Positions 26,933 to 41,121 of a DNA stretch of 64,000 nucleotides are shown piece after piece. Under the pieces are notes generated by a model, which was not told the DNA's origin, searched no databases, and saw only the letters and a list, made by a program, of their open reading frames with translations. The stretch spans positions 19,158,001 to 19,222,000 of the forward strand of contig NC_045138.2 in the NCBI RefSeq assembly GCF_008831285.2, written 5' to 3'. The position numbers and the translations under genes are program-made. Numbering within the stretch: position 1 is the first letter of the stretch; the number at the start of each line of letters is the position of its first letter. The DNA is from Nymphaea colorata. Its lineage: Eukaryota.

Positions 26933-29017
26933 CTACACATTACACACACGCACACATAAAATAGTGTGTACATACTGTACAGTGCACATAGGTATTTATG
27001 TAAGGGTATTGGTGCAATTCTAATGTTCAGTTGGTCTGCCTTTTTTCTTTTCAGGTATTTTCTATTTTTCATTTTTTCTCCTTATCTGTCTGGTTAAAAT
27101 TAGGACTGGAACAGTTGACCAGTCTCAAGAGGACAACCACCGATCGAGTTAGTATCTCCACCTTGAGAAACTACCATTTCATTTATTTAGTAACTTAAAA
27201 TGCTATAAATTTCATTATGAGATGAAAGAGGTGTACTAGAAAGTGCACTTAAATTTCATTATGAGATGATAGAGGTGTACTAGAAAGTGCACTCAGGGCC
27301 CAAGCATTCCTTGCCTCAATCCAGGTTGACCCTACCAAGAAAAATTCACGGTCCTTTAGATAAAATGGTCCCTACCAAGAAAAATTCACGGTCCTTTAGA
27401 TAAAATGGTCCTGATCATATTACCACCAAAGAATTTCCACAATTCATATCGCATATTACAAGCTCATGTATCTCGAAGAAATGTCCTATGCATATAGGAA
27501 GCATACCAATAAAGGAAAGAGTTTGCCTTGGAATTCATCTCTATGATCCCCCACGTGCTTGCTAGCTCGGCAGATCACCTATCAAGCACTTGCGAGCAAA
27601 ATAGACTATCTAGAAGATTTTTCTTTTTCTTCAATAGTGTTATTCTACATTCAAGCAGATCAGATAATGCACACAATATTCATTTCTTAAACAAGCTTGC
27701 TCTCCAGTAACCTAGAAATATTTACCTCGTCAAGGGTGGGAATGGTAAGTTTTACATGTGTGAGAATGAGTATTTGATTGTGTATTTAGCGAGATGCTAT
27801 CATCTATTCAAATCCATCCTAAAATGGTGACCGTGGTGCATCACCTTCTCATAGATGTAACAATTGCTAAACATACTGAGTAATATCCCAAAGAAAAACA
27901 CAAAAGAGAGACAAGTGAAGATCTTCTAGGACCAGTAGGAACTACGGCGACATGCTCATTCAAGCAGTACATAGTGAACCCACACTTCAGAAACAGAACA
28001 CAGGGAGTAGGAAACAATTTAGCAGGGAGAAGGTTGTTGCCAATGTGAAATGATAAAGCAAAATGGAATGCTATTAACAGAGGATCAAGAGTTAGCACAA
28101 CTGGAGAGCCTTCACCATGGGCAGCTGGCATGGACTCGAGCCTCAACAAGAATTTTGTGGGGGCAGAATTCTCCAGTCCAAGCACATTCATAGGGATTAA
28201 GAAGCCATGCCTCAGAGTTTTACACTGCTGGGGAGGTACTGTGGGTACGCCAGATTAAACCAACATGGCTAGATCTTACAACCCCAGAGTGGTTTCTATA
28301 TCTAAAAACACTTCAACGTGTCAACAGATAAGGATGAAGGATGTGTTGCACTATCATTACCCGTAATATATTAGAATTGGAATGCAAAGGGACATTCCAA
28401 AATACTTCAATATGTCAACAAAAGAAGAACGTTGCGCTAGCATTACTTGTAAATATGTTAGAAGTGGAATACAAAGGTTCCAATGGTAGCTAAAGCAACA
28501 AAAACTTTAACATGTCAACTGAAGAAGGATGTTACACATGTTAGAAGCAGAATTTAAAGGTCCCAACGGTAGCCAAGAAGGAAGTAATACAACCCAAATA
28601 AATTTCATCCATCAAGCACAGAATCACAGATATCAAACATTACTACAAAATAAAAATCTTACTTAATTCCAATAATATCACAACATCTTCCCTTTCCCAA
28701 CTTTTGACACATGGGTACTGCTGTGAAGGCAGTGTACCCGTACCGGTCAGGTACGACAACAGTACTGGTACCGGTACTGTCCTGAGTACTTTTTGGGTAC
28801 TGGTCAAACAAGACCAGATACGGTCAACTTACCCAGGACCATATCCGTTGGATTTAGGACTGTCAAGTTGACAGCCCTTTCCTACCCAAAATTTTGGATT
28901 TCCATTTTTTTTTCTTTACACCATTTACACTCTGGAAATGGATACAGAGCTGCATTTTCATATTTTGTTCAAGTTTTTTTTTCAGAATCTACAAATTTTC
29001 AATCATGAACGTACAAT

Positions 29018-29086
<69 letters not shown>

Positions 29087-29246
29087 GAGATGAGCAGGAC
29101 TAATTCCATTTTTACAACTGACACTTTGAGCCCTTGGTTTCATCCATGGCTCCAGATCTCCATTGTCCTTTTAAAAATGAAATAGTAAAAGGAAGGTGGA
29201 GGTAACCACCTTTTTCTTAAAGAGGAAACTAGACCCCATCCAAGCA

Positions 29247-29289
<43 letters not shown>

Positions 29290-32200
29290 AAAACAAACAC
29301 ACTTGTTCCTTAGATTGCTTCTTTTATAATTCAAAAAAAAAACTCTCAATTGTCAGAACTTTTGCAATAAAATAGTAGAACACTCATAGTTCGACAATTT
29401 TTCCTATTATCCTCTTCCTTTTTTTGTAGAATTGATTAATATCTCCCAAAGAAGGACAAATTTTAAAAGAATTTCCATAAATAAACTTCTCAGAAAATAG
29501 CCAAGCAGGATAATTGTCACCATGATTTAACAACTGATATTTCTTCAGGAAGACTGCCAGCAAAATTATTCAGCTACCAAGAAAGTAGTTTTTTTTTTTC
29601 ACCAGCCCTTTGGAAACATACATAAGGTGAAATGAAAAAACTGACCTGGCAAATGTGGCCCCAATTAATTTAACTATTCACCTCTCCTATGCCAGTTATT
29701 AATCGCACGGAGAGAAATGTGGTTCAACCCCTAATCCCCCTCCACATGCTGGCTATCAATAGGGTCCAGATTTCCCTTTCCCTTCAATCAACAAATGGCC
29801 CCTAATTGACTAGAAAATGTAATGCAGAACTCCAAGACTACATAATTAATTGAAGAAAAGAAAAGAGAACTTATATCACCTTTAAGTTTGATATCCATCT
29901 CCTTGTTGCCCATACCATCCATGCGACCATCCTTTCTCCTTCCAGTATTAGTATTTTGAATAATGACCAATGGGGGCCATATAACGAGATCATCTCTGTT
30001 TGCTGCTGCATCCTCAGCAGATAGGGACTGATATATTTTTGAGTTCTCTGGCTGCTTCATATAGCTCCATCCCATCAGAGAACACAAAGCTTTGTGCAAG
30101 CCAAGGTGATCGATGCGCAAGTCTGGATTTTGTGCATTAAATGCATGCATGATAAGACAATGCACGTCTGTGAACTCCTTGGATGTCCTGTTTCAGTGTT
30201 ATGACAATTCAAAGGAACTTTAATAGAACTGTCATGATGGAATATTCAAACCAGAAAGACAGGATTCAGAAAACCATAATATATGGGTATGACAGTTTCC
30301 ATAATTAAATGACTTATGCACCTAAGCAGAGCCACAAAGATTCCTTGTGAATGGTGAAGAAACTGCCCCCCTACACCACTTATCCATACTTCATTATTAA
30401 AAAATTAGTATGACCTCATAGAAGAACGTACACATTGTCTAAAGACTCTAAACCAAGAATCAGACACAGAAAAAATAGATTCACAAATTACAACGTAAGA
30501 AAATAAGGCTGAACAGCCAGAACATTAAGTGACTAAACCCCAAATAGTAGTTAAGTGCCTAACTATTCCAAAACCACCCAATGATATCAGCCTACTATTA
30601 GTGATCAGCATCATCATCCCAATGCTTTTCCACTAGTAAAATTAACAAACATTAATGATCAGCACAAATCCAGGCATCGATTGACTGTATTTTAAGAATT
30701 AAGCAAGGATGGAGTTGAAGATCAATGAAGTTAGCTAGGCCACTTGGTTAAACATACAACAATATTCAAAACTTAATAAGTAACAACTCAAACTTCCATT
30801 AAGCTAGATATTAGGACATGATACTATGAAGTTTAACATTTACACCCAGTCAGCCAGTCTAGCTAACAGAATGGCCACATAATTGTCTATGAAATGTGAA
30901 ACTATTACTCATTGCAGCAATTTCCCATGTCCTTGTCACATCCAAAAGTTGATAGAAGTCCACAAGCAAACAATATTATTCCAAAAGAATGGTTATGACT
31001 TGGCACTGAACCACCCACAGAAGCATGATGGAAGCAATAGAAGATGAACATGCCAAAGCACCTGCCACCATTATAACTGCACAACCATGACAATTATGAG
31101 AACATACTCCTATCTACTCAGACTGGCCCAAGAAATGAACTCATTAGCATATGAAACGTCACCTCCACAATCGGATGCAAAGAAGAACATGAGCCAACCA
31201 TATGCCACCAAAAAATTAATCATATTTTATTATATTGAAAGTTAAAAGTTTAGGTATCTAAAATAAATAGTCAAAAGCTCCAGACAACAACAAATACACC
31301 CTTATGGCGAGATGATTGCAAGACATCAAACATCAATTTATGAATGAAGACACACATGCACAACATTAAGCTTGTTTGTCATATTGATAGAAGGGCATAA
31401 ACTATTACCGCTACATGCCCGAAAGAAGAAGAAGGCAAATAGGCAATGAAGAGGAAAGATCAGAATACAACCATGAATTTTGTTTTGAAAAAACAAAAAA
31501 CAACAAAATAGCCCATTCAAACTTTTAGAAACACCTACATATTCATGGCTTGTACTTGATCTTGTTCAAGTTATAAGGTGAACATGAAAATAGAGAAAAA
31601 TAGATGAAATGACTAAAATGAAAAAAACGTTATGGTACCATGAAGAGAAAAAAGGTACCATGAGAATAGAGAAACATTGGAGGAGAGAATAATGATAGAA
31701 AGAAGAAAGGGAATAGTCGAGAAAGCTTCACTTTCTGTAAGCAAAAGATAACAAAAATAAGAACACACAAATAGGATGTGCCTCGGTTGGAGAAGCTTGT
31801 GTAGCACCACCTCATCCTTAGGCCACGACCAAGGGGTATTGATGAAGCATTTTTAGATCCACAATTTTTCATGCTAGTATTGCATTTCAAGCACTCATAC
31901 TTTCATGCATATGTATACCTCACTCCAAGCGATGGATTTTGAGCTTCAAGGAAATTGAATGAAAAGATACTTCTAAGACAATTTAGGGAGAAGAACTAGG
32001 TAAGAAAAGAGAAAATATAAAATCCAATCCACAGATCCGACAATTCAAAAAAAATCTCCTCCGAAAGCTGCATTCAAACACTAGAACAAAAAAAATTCTC
32101 AATATGTAGTTTGCACCATTCAGAGGCAGAAACAAGGGTGTAGCTGTAGGGGTAGAAGGTTGAATTTTTCTACCCAAATTTGAAGGTGGGGTGGCCAGAC

Positions 32201-33198
32201 ACCAAACATTGTTGGGAATGGGAGATATATCATTGAGTTTGTAACAAGAAGAAAAAGAAGAAGAGGAGCACAAGAGAGAAGGGCATTGGAGAAGGAGTGG
32301 GAGCTTGAGAGAAGAATAGTGAAAAAAATCTGGCCTACTGTGCTTGCTGGTGAGGTTGGCAGGGTGGTGGGAGTAGGAGAGAACATCAATGAGGACTCCA
32401 TTGTCCCCACATCTTCCAAAACTAATGGCACATCAAGTGCTTCCATGGCGAATGGAAAGTGCCAGAGGAAAACTAACACCACCTCCACCAACACAATGAC
32501 CATTGAGCCCCTACTCTTTCATTCAAGCACAAGAACAAAATAAAACCATATAAATTACCTATGTTATTCAAACACCCAAACAATATATCCTTGAATATCT
32601 ATGTATCACTCACGATGATTTAATTAATGTTGTCAAACACTACCCAAAACTTAGAAGTATAAGATCCAATTAGCACAAGATTGGATCTCAAATTCATCTC
32701 AAACTACCAAGGTGGATCCAAATCCATATCCATGTTTAAACTTTAATCAATCATGACAAATAGCTATTTGTTTAATCGTGACAAAAATAAACAAAAATAC
32801 AAAGATAAATTTTTATGCAAAAAATGAGAACATCTTTCATTGAAGACTGGAAAATGGAAGGACTTGAGGGGGCAGGAATTTGTTGGAGAAGGAACAGACA
32901 CTATCAAAAAAGAAAGGAAAAAAGGTATTCTAAATTCCAGTCCAATGCACCTTGCATTGTGCCTAGATTCAGAACAACTTTGAAAGTTATGACACACAAG
33001 TGCCGCTATTAATCATGTGGTACCCATGTCCAACAGGTACTACATCGGGTACCTATGGCCTTAGGTATAGTTTAGATACAGTCAAGGCTGCTTTCCTCTT
33101 CTGTGTTATTTATTTGTGCTCTAAGAGCAATTTTATTCTCAGACTATGTTGTTTTGTTTGTTTAAACTTTAAATTCTTATTTTTTTCATTTTACATAT

Positions 33199-33246
<48 letters not shown>

Positions 33247-36200
33247 GCAGCATTCCCATACCCAAGTCTTTTGAAAATTCTCCACACTATATGTCACAGT
33301 GGTATGTGGGATATGCGCACATACCAGTATCATTTTTTTCTCATTTTTGTTACATTTCATATTTTTGTTAGTTTATTTATGTTTTATGAGATTATATGTA
33401 AAATCGTAAAAGTAACTGTTAAAAAATGTCTTAACAATGTGTTGTATAACAATGTGTTGTATAACAATGTGTTGTATATATGTGTGTGTGCCTGTGTGTG
33501 TGTGTGTACACACACACACACTTTTCTTTGTCGTACCCCTGTACCAAGATTTTCTAAAATTGCCGTACCCGCTTCCTGGTACCCATACCCAAACCCGTAC
33601 TTGGCTGTACCTATGTGACATAGACTGGCACCCATACCCATATGACATAGAAACAAGTGAATCAAGCTAGTTGCTGAAATGTAGGTAAGTTAATCTAATG
33701 ACGAACTGCTACTTAATAATCAAGAAAAGTTTGCCATCAAAAGCACTACAATAATACAATTGATTATTTAAAAAAAAACAGTCTAACACCCACCCGTAAT
33801 GGATATTGCCATTAAAAGAATTAAATTCTGCTACTAGATTATAACAACCTTGGAATAGAAAGAACATCCCACCACATCGAATACAGAAGAGTGAACAAAA
33901 CATCAGTAAAATCACAGGTTTTGTCAAGTTCAATCGGCCGTCAAGAATGTCTTCGTAGGAATAAAGAACTGTCAATATCAGACTTTGTTTTGTGCTATGT
34001 TCTATTATTAAATTTGTTCCTTTTCTGAGATTTTTTGAGTTATAAAGCTTTTCTCGACTTACCAAACGCATCTCCACCAACATCAAATGCAGCAACTGCA
34101 AGCAAATAACTAGCAGATGCTTAATAAGTAGAAAAGCTAGCCGAGACATAATCCTGTCTCAGTAGTCGCCAGGAGCAAGAGAAAAGAAAAGCCAATGTAA
34201 TACCATCTTTAAGCATGTAAGCAAATATGTAACTATATATCTCCACAGATAGAAAGTACATAAAGTTCTGAAACACTTTACAAGGACTAACTCATGCAAG
34301 GTCGCAACAACAAAATGAATAAACTGAACAAAGAGGGAGAAACAGTCATCAGAGTAGTAGACATGGAACAGGAGAGACACATGAAACAAAGAATAATGAA
34401 AAAAGTTAGCACCGACTGCAACCTAAAGCGCATCAACTGACACTCCAACGATTTGAAGTGATGAAAACTATATATCAAAAAATTTTAATAAATACGGAAA
34501 AATTATAATAAATAGACCTACAACAAAATGCACAACCGTACAGGAACCTTGACCCTTGAAAGATGATTAATAACGAGGCAAAGCCGCAAAGTCCCAATCC
34601 CATAAAATTCACAAAACTTTTGCTATTGTTGCCTGCAAACAGACTGGAGTATGTTGGAACTCTGAAAGTGTACGAAACAGCTGGATTTGATGATTATAGG
34701 AAATGTCACCAAGTACAGCAAACGAAGTCCATAAAGATGTTCATCAAAAGCCATGTTCAACAATCACCGTACCTATTTTACATCTTACACATACAGAAAA
34801 CAACATTATCTAGTACATAAGTGAGCAGATCTGATTCCTCATGTGGTATGGAGGGTACCAATGGTATCTGCAAAGTATCAATGACCAGAAGAAAAAAGAA
34901 ATCCCAACAAAACCACAAGGTTTCGCTGACACCATTTAAGAATGTACCTCCACGTCCATGACCATGAAAAGATCATGTGCATGGCATTCTCAGGTCTTTA
35001 TGCAATTGATGCCGACCAGTATCATGTACTTTTGTCGCTTAACACAATCAGCAGGCATTTTTCATAACACAGTCGGCAAGCAGTTGCATAATAGCAAACA
35101 TCTAAGCAGCAAAGAATCGGACGATTAAATCAATCACATTCTCGTACATGACCCACAAAAACAAGATGCGATTGCCAATTTCAATAGTTCTAAATACAGA
35201 AATCCAATTTCACTAGCCGTCTCTACTAATAACTGATCCTCTCAAAAAACTTGCATTCTAAATTTTATATCACTTATTTCTCCACCTTTCGCCCATCTTC
35301 CAGTCAAATCACCTTCTAATTGAATGGAAGAGGACCTGCCGCACTTTATGACAAATATTTTGAACCCACAGCACAGAAGAAATTATCCGTAATTACTACG
35401 AGTATATAAACGGAAAAGCAATGCCAAGTCCAACTCCAAGCAATTACATGGGCTGGGACCTCGAGAACCTGGAAATTGTTACGTGATATGCATCAAATCT
35501 GCCTACAACTGCTCAAAACGCTAATCCTAAAAAAAAAATTCGCCCTGCAAAACTCGCGCTCCTTGATGACATGGTAACACCTTTGTTGATGAATTAGGAA
35601 AAGATACATCAAAGAGGTCGGAAAAGCAACATACATAATTAACTCAAACCCATTCGTTCTACTAACAAACCTGCCGCAGACGACGCATCGTACAGGGCCG
35701 GATTTACCATCATCTAGATATAGCTTCCTCTGTGCCACGTTCTCGTTTAAAACCTTAGTTAACCTAAGAAAAGCTTTCCTCAACGCGACCTTGTCCACAT
35801 CCAGAATCACCTCTAATGTGTTCTTTCCCTCGCCCTCATTCGGTCCTCCGTGAATTTCACCATGCCTTTGAACCTTCGGCATGCGTAATTCGTCCATCAC
35901 CCTGCCAGAACTCGGAATCAGCGGGTTGCCGGAGACGCCGGGGAGGCCATTAGGGTTTCCATACTGCAGTATCTGCTGATGCCTCTGCCGGGCGATCTCC
36001 TCGTCTCTGAAACGTGACCCGTAGAACCTGTCAGGCTCACCAAAACCTGCATCATCTTCCCCGTACTTCCTCTTCAGAGGATTATCCAAATTCCGGTAAT
36101 CCTCACGATCTCTTTCTCGTGGGAAACCAGAATCGAAACGTTCGGGGCTAAACCTCGGGGGAAAAGGCTTATCCATTCCGATGCGGTCCAGGCCCCGCGG

Positions 36201-36665
36201 ATCAACTAATCCAGGATGAGGAGGCCCGTATGGATAAAGTCTATCATCGGCCGGTGGACGCCCAGGGGGAAGATCGGGCACACTCCGATGTAGCGGGTAA
36301 TCTGGCGGTAAAGCAAAGTACGAACGGACACTTCCATCCGCCAAGACAATAGTCCGACGCTCTAGCATGTGGAAGCCGTAAGCAGGGGCCGGAGGAGGGA
36401 CCGGAAACCCGCCTCCGCCACCAGGACCAGCGTCCTGCAAGGACAAAGGCGGACCACCGGAGGCGGGCGGAGGCGAGGGATTTACGGGAAGTTTCGACGG
36501 ACCAGCAGCCACAGCGGCTGGTGAACGAGCAACCTCCTCCTTGAAGGGTTTGGGTTCCGCAGGCGACTTCTCGGCCGAGGGGTTGTTGCCCTCCCAGCGG
36601 CTTTTCCGGCGTCCCGAGGAAGAGGGCGAGGGCGAGATTTTATGCGAAGACGATTTCCCGGCCAT
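23033..36665 (-). CDS. XS-domain (SGS3-like RRM fold) protein, At3g22430-like, ~551 aa. Exons: 35671-36665, 29880-30187, 23033-23385
   Basis: RKSRW and YGFHMLERRTIVLADGSVRSYFALPP motifs; zinc-finger-like CVVC...HCLIMH split by intron 1; HLGLHKALCSLMGW; XS domain DLVIWPPLVIIQN...GFSGGKSKSMYGKDGHLGITLVKF...GLKECEHLAEFFEKDNHGRRAW...VLYGYIG. GT-AG introns in phases 2 and 1 give 1656 nt in frame. Confidence 0.9.
24970..25567. mobile_element. hAT-like MITE (~600 bp) in XS-gene intron 2
   Basis: Ends cggtgtt... and ...acaacattg (imperfect TIR); flanked by gctttact and gttttact (8-bp TSD with 1 mismatch); interrupts a copy of a local duplication. Confidence 0.6.
25799..26323. mobile_element. MITE or composite insertion with ..GTCACA...TGTGAC.. 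termini
   Basis: Starts cagtgtcaca and ends tgtgacttag; 25800-25990 is the reverse complement of ~53390-53570; the flanks rejoin as a copy of 24690-24760. Confidence 0.6.
27207..27411. repeat. Two adjacent short tandem duplications (2 x 44 bp and 2 x 40 bp)
   Basis: aaatttcattatgagatga.agaggtgtactagaaagtgcact x2; ccctaccaagaaaaattcacggtcctttagataaaatggt x2. Confidence 0.9.
28305..28580. repeat. Three degenerate ~95-bp tandem units
   Basis: Recurrent actt.aa..tgtcaac...gttagaa...gaat..aaagg. Confidence 0.65.
33290..33623. mobile_element. MITE with TATGTCACA...TGTGACATAG termini and GTACC-rich subterminal motifs
   Basis: Inverted terminal match; internal 3 x acaatgtgttgtata; related GGTAC-rich segments at 26255-26323, 28700-28830 and 33009-33060. 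Confidence 0.55.
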
Positions 36666-39600
36666 ATTTCCGGCGAGCCAGCGAAAGCAGACACCGGAAT
36701 AGGGAAATGAAGAATAATTTATCCGAGCACCAACATCGCTTGCCAAAGAAGAGACGCTCTAGGGCATCCACAGTGCCCGGCCTCCAGAGATAAATGGACT
36801 ACGTCGGGGGATCGTACGGAACGAAAATTTTCAATATGAATTAAAATTTGTCCTATAATTCCAATAACGCCTTCACTCGTGGCTACTTATTGCAAGGTGT
36901 TCCCGGTAAAGAGTAAATTAAACGAATTTGCATTTTTACATGAAAAGATGCAGAACTTTTTATAAGAAAATAAAATTGTTACAAGTAAATGGACGCAAGG
37001 CTTCTTATTAAAACTGTTATAGGCTAGATATTTAAATTTACCATTAAAAAGCAATATAAAGTGTTGCTAAATCATAAAAAAATTATTTTATACCATGTAT
37101 ACTTTTCATATTGGTTTTCAAAAAATTTGTGTCATCCAGCAACATTCGGCGGTTGGCCGATATCACAAAGCAACAATAAAAGGTAATTGTCTTAAAAAAC
37201 ACATTCATTTGAGAATCGTTATTCGCTTGTAAATATCATATTAGTACATATAAATTCTCATGTTTTGTATGTTTATATTCTAAAACCCCGTTATAATATT
37301 GCAATACTTTGAAACTACCGTAATAAAATCACAAACCGTTGTTGTGAATACCCTAATGACCATTTTAAGTGCAACATAAACTAAGTTATTCATGTGACAA
37401 GATTTCGTGTCCTGTTAGCATAATTTTTATGATTCCAAATTTTTTGTTAATAGAGAGAGCGGATACATGACATTTCATGAAAAATGGTTAGCTCGGTTTT
37501 TGAGCATAAAAAGCATGCGTGGCCTGAAATGGTATATCAAATAAATATGAGCTCATCTAGGAAATTTGGTCTGATTCGTGCCGGTTACGCTTGGCTCCGG
37601 GTTAAAGACAAGCAAAGGAACCCAGATCCGTTTCATGGTCGAAAACGGGTTGATTTTGTCCCCGATCCAGTCCAACGTGGGCGTTATTTTCGGATCCGGG
37701 TCCTTAAACCAGTTCTGAAACTCTTAGTATCGGAAAATGTACAAGAAACTGGTCAACGAAAGTTCGGGTCGCCATGGGATCGGCTTCCGAGTTCAACGCC
37801 TTCATCTCTGGTAAGTTGCAACGATGCGAACCAGTCGGATCCAAAACGCCTGAAATCTTTTCATTATAACAAAGAACATTTGACAAACAGGTGGGCTCGA
37901 GTAGTGTCTTATCGGATTTTATATAATTGGACTTGGATTTAATTTTGGATTGAGGTTCCAATTTGGAACCCAAACCCAGATCCAACTAGCATAAATTCTA
38001 ACAATTACTATATGTAAGTGGGTTGGATCATTTATTCGGATTTTAGTCATAAATCAACTTGGATTCAGATTCAGTTGCAAAAATACATATTAAAGTCTGA
38101 ATCTAATTAGTAATTCGTCTTTGTTTATATTGGAAATGGAGGGATATATAAGGAACTTGGAAAATTTATAACCACCGAAATCATCAATTTGATTCATTTG
38201 GTGGTATTCATTTAAACTGCAAACAATAACATACACGATACTCGAGTTGAGTTGAGTTGAGTTGTATACTATATAACCACCCAAGTCATGATTTTGCCTC
38301 TCTTAAACTACCAATTATAAGTGAACCTGGAGATGATTGTAAATTAAACCGCATCCATTCATATAATTTATTTGACTATGAAATAGTAAACTAATTTCAA
38401 TTAGATTTGGAATAAGCCAGAAAAAAATGGATTGGTATAGCAACGGAATATCAGAATTGGAGTTAGATTTTACTTCGCTTCTGAATGGATGTTAATAGGT
38501 CATTTTCTATTTCGCATTAGTGAATTTTGTTGAGTTGCCGTCAACTCCATGGTTTTTTAACTCTTTTTTTTTTTTACCAAAGCTTGCGACGTTAAAAGGT
38601 AATAATTTAACTCATAGCAGCTCAAAGGAAGCGTTAACAAAAAGGAATGCCAATAGTGGAAGCATCGTATCATCGCCTTTCAGATTGTGGAACCTCCAAA
38701 TGTTTCGTGCATTTTAAATTTGTTGACAATTTCAAAGGCTCAAAGATAAGCAGCGATCAGGAGTTCATTTTAGGGATATCAACAAAGAGGATTTTAATCG
38801 GTACCTTTTATTATATCCGAAATATTGGATGTTTGCATATTTGGATTCAAATTCTTATTGGAATGTAAACGAATAAAAATCTACTATATATTAATATGAC
38901 TTTTTAGATTAATTATTCAACCTTTAAATTCACAATTGAATTCATGCTGTATTATGGTATGTTAAGGACCAACTTTCAAAATTCATATACATCATATACA
39001 TAAAAATTCAGGTTCCAAATTGGTGTTTAGTATGTAATCAGATATTTATTTAAGCCTAAATGTGAATAAATTTGAATGCAGTTTTCTAAATCCAAATTTG
39101 ATCCTACTACTTACAGGGATGTTTTTTTTTTTTAAATTATTTAAAGCAGTTTGCTCATATATCTGATTCAAATTTAATTAGTTAATATGGATCAATATCA
39201 TAATTTTGTTTTCATATATATAATTACTCAGCAAAGCCACGTTTGAGTCGATAGATGAATTGAGTGAAGTATTGTGAGATAGGAGCAAAACCAGATTACC
39301 GCTGCTGGTGCAGTAGTAGCGGCAGAGGTAGCGGGACGACAGGGGTGTGGGTGGAAACTCCTTACTTAAGGAGGGCCATCCTCTCCTCCTCTAATTCCCC
39401 ATCATCTCCGTTCATGCGCACTTCCATCCTTTCTGGTTGTGCCCGGGTTTGTCTGAAGTTCCATCCTTTTTGTTTCGTTGGCTGGTGATGGTGGTGTTGG
39501 CGGTCAGACTATGAGAATTCTCTGTGAGAGTGAAGCGACACTCTCTAGATTACTGCTTTTTTTGGCCTCATTTTTTTCTTCTCATCATGGACGGAAATTC

Positions 39601-39917
39601 GTTATGGGGTTTTCTCTTCGATACCGCGGTGTTGACAGAGTCAAGAGAAGCTATATGCCTTTCGCGGATGTGGTTGGTTGGTTGACTGCTTCTATGCAAT
39701 TATTGAGGAGCATATATTTGCAACTTCTTCTTTGTGAGTTATTTAATTAAGTAGTGAATCAAATGTTTGGATTTAGAAAATTTTTGACTTGGTATTGAAG
39801 CTTAGCCAGGGTTGAATTTCTCACTGAATTTGGATCTAACTATCGTTCAACCTAATACGGTTTCACCGAATTTCTCACGGTCGTCTATTCCACGGAAATT
39901 CCTTCCTCTTCCTTTTC

Positions 39918-39924
39918 TATAAAA
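39918..39924 (+). promoter_or_regulatory. TATA box of family copy 1
   Basis: TATAAAA followed by a CT-rich Y-patch, ~70 bp before the ATG at 39995. Confidence 0.6.
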
Positions 39925-39994
39925 CGCCAACTTCTCTCCCTCTCTCTTCCTCTGGCTGGTGAGGCCAGTGGCACAAGGTCACTTGGCAACGGCA

Positions 39995-40390
39995 ATGGAG
40001 CCGAACAAGCTACTGCTCGCGGTGCTTTTGTGGTCGTCGTCCACGATGATCGGTATCTTCCTTGTGAACGAGCTTCCCGGCGAGGCTGCCGCGACGACAG
40101 CTGATCCCCAATTGTTTCAGTCCGAAGATTTCCAGCTCTTGCTGCTCCTTATTGGGATCCCAGTCGCCTGGACTGCCTCGCTGGTCGTTGTCCTTTTCGG
40201 CCATCAGCTTGCCGAGACGACGGTCAGTAACTGCCTCTTGATCGCCGCCCTTTCTCTTGCCTGTGTGCTCCGGGCATTAACATTTTCCGATGACGAAAGA
40301 CATGCCCGCCTTGTGCCCAACTCCTTCAACCACTCTTGCGATCTAACTTGCGGTTCTGGGTCTTCGATCGTATGCACACATATTCTGTAG
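39995..40390 (+). CDS. Uncharacterised small membrane protein, cluster copy 1 (131 aa, 3 hydrophobic segments, Cys-containing tail)
   Basis: Intact ORF with good start context (gcaATGG) and a TATA box; paralogous along its full length to 43947-44342 and 54591-54980 with frame-preserving indels. Confidence 0.72.
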   Translation: MEPNKLLLAVLLWSSSTMIGIFLVNELPGEAAATTADPQLFQSEDFQLLLLLIGIPVAWTASLVVVLFGHQLAETTVSNCLLIAALSLACVLRALTFSDDERHARLVPNSFNHSCDLTCGSGSSIVCTHIL

Positions 40391-40883
40391 GTTGGAATTT
40401 CTGGGATTGCTATTATGCTATCTATGGTTTCTTGTATGAATTTTGCCGTTCTCCGGCCGTCACCGGCCTTGTTCTCCGTCCACGCACGTCAAATTGTCCC
40501 GTACTTGCATAGTCCTTACGTTTGCTTCATGGTTATGGCGTCTTGCTGTTTGTATTGGGATTCAAGGACCAACCTGTTCACTTTACTCCTCGGAATTCGT
40601 CCACTTAACTGTCGTCAACGCACACAAACTGCACAAACTTGTGTAAAAGTTTCAGAGAAGGCCGAAGCTTTGTTGATGCATTTTCGCCGGCTGCATTTCC
40701 CGGTGGCGATGGTTCGCAATCACGGCCAGCGAAGGAGAGCGAGGATGGGGCGGCCAGTGGCCGGAAAAACAGGAGAACAAAAAGGATTAGAGATGCATAG
40801 CTCGCCGTGAAGCCCAAAAAGTATCCGCTGACCCGGTCAAAAGACTTTAGAAATCATGCTCGATATTTTACAAATATATTTAT

Positions 40884-41121
40884 AGGTTGTTTGAAGCGTT
40901 GAATTTTGATAGGGGAATTAAAAATTCTACAAACCAAATTTCATTTCAAATTGGAATTTAATTAAAAATTATAATTAATATTTAGTAATAGTTTCTCACA
41001 ATACCAAAATTTTGATTTACGAATGAGCCTATAATTTTATAATCAATTCTTTGTTAACGAAATTCCCATTTGATCAAAAAAGAGAATTTTAGTTCTACAA
41101 TTTAGTCTCATCAAACACCCC
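40884..41121. mobile_element. Tourist-like MITE
   Basis: Termini ggttgtttga...tcaaacaccc; AT-rich, ~240 bp; TSD unclear. Confidence 0.45.

Noticed and set aside
31800..32600. Short overlapping ORFs in XS-gene intron 1
   Set aside because: No recognisable domain; probably decayed transposon sequence
35493..35670. C-terminal part of the 417-aa ORF, and its non-ATG upstream start at 36746
   Set aside because: Intron read-through after the AG|GTTTGT donor at 35671; the likely real start is the ATG at 36665
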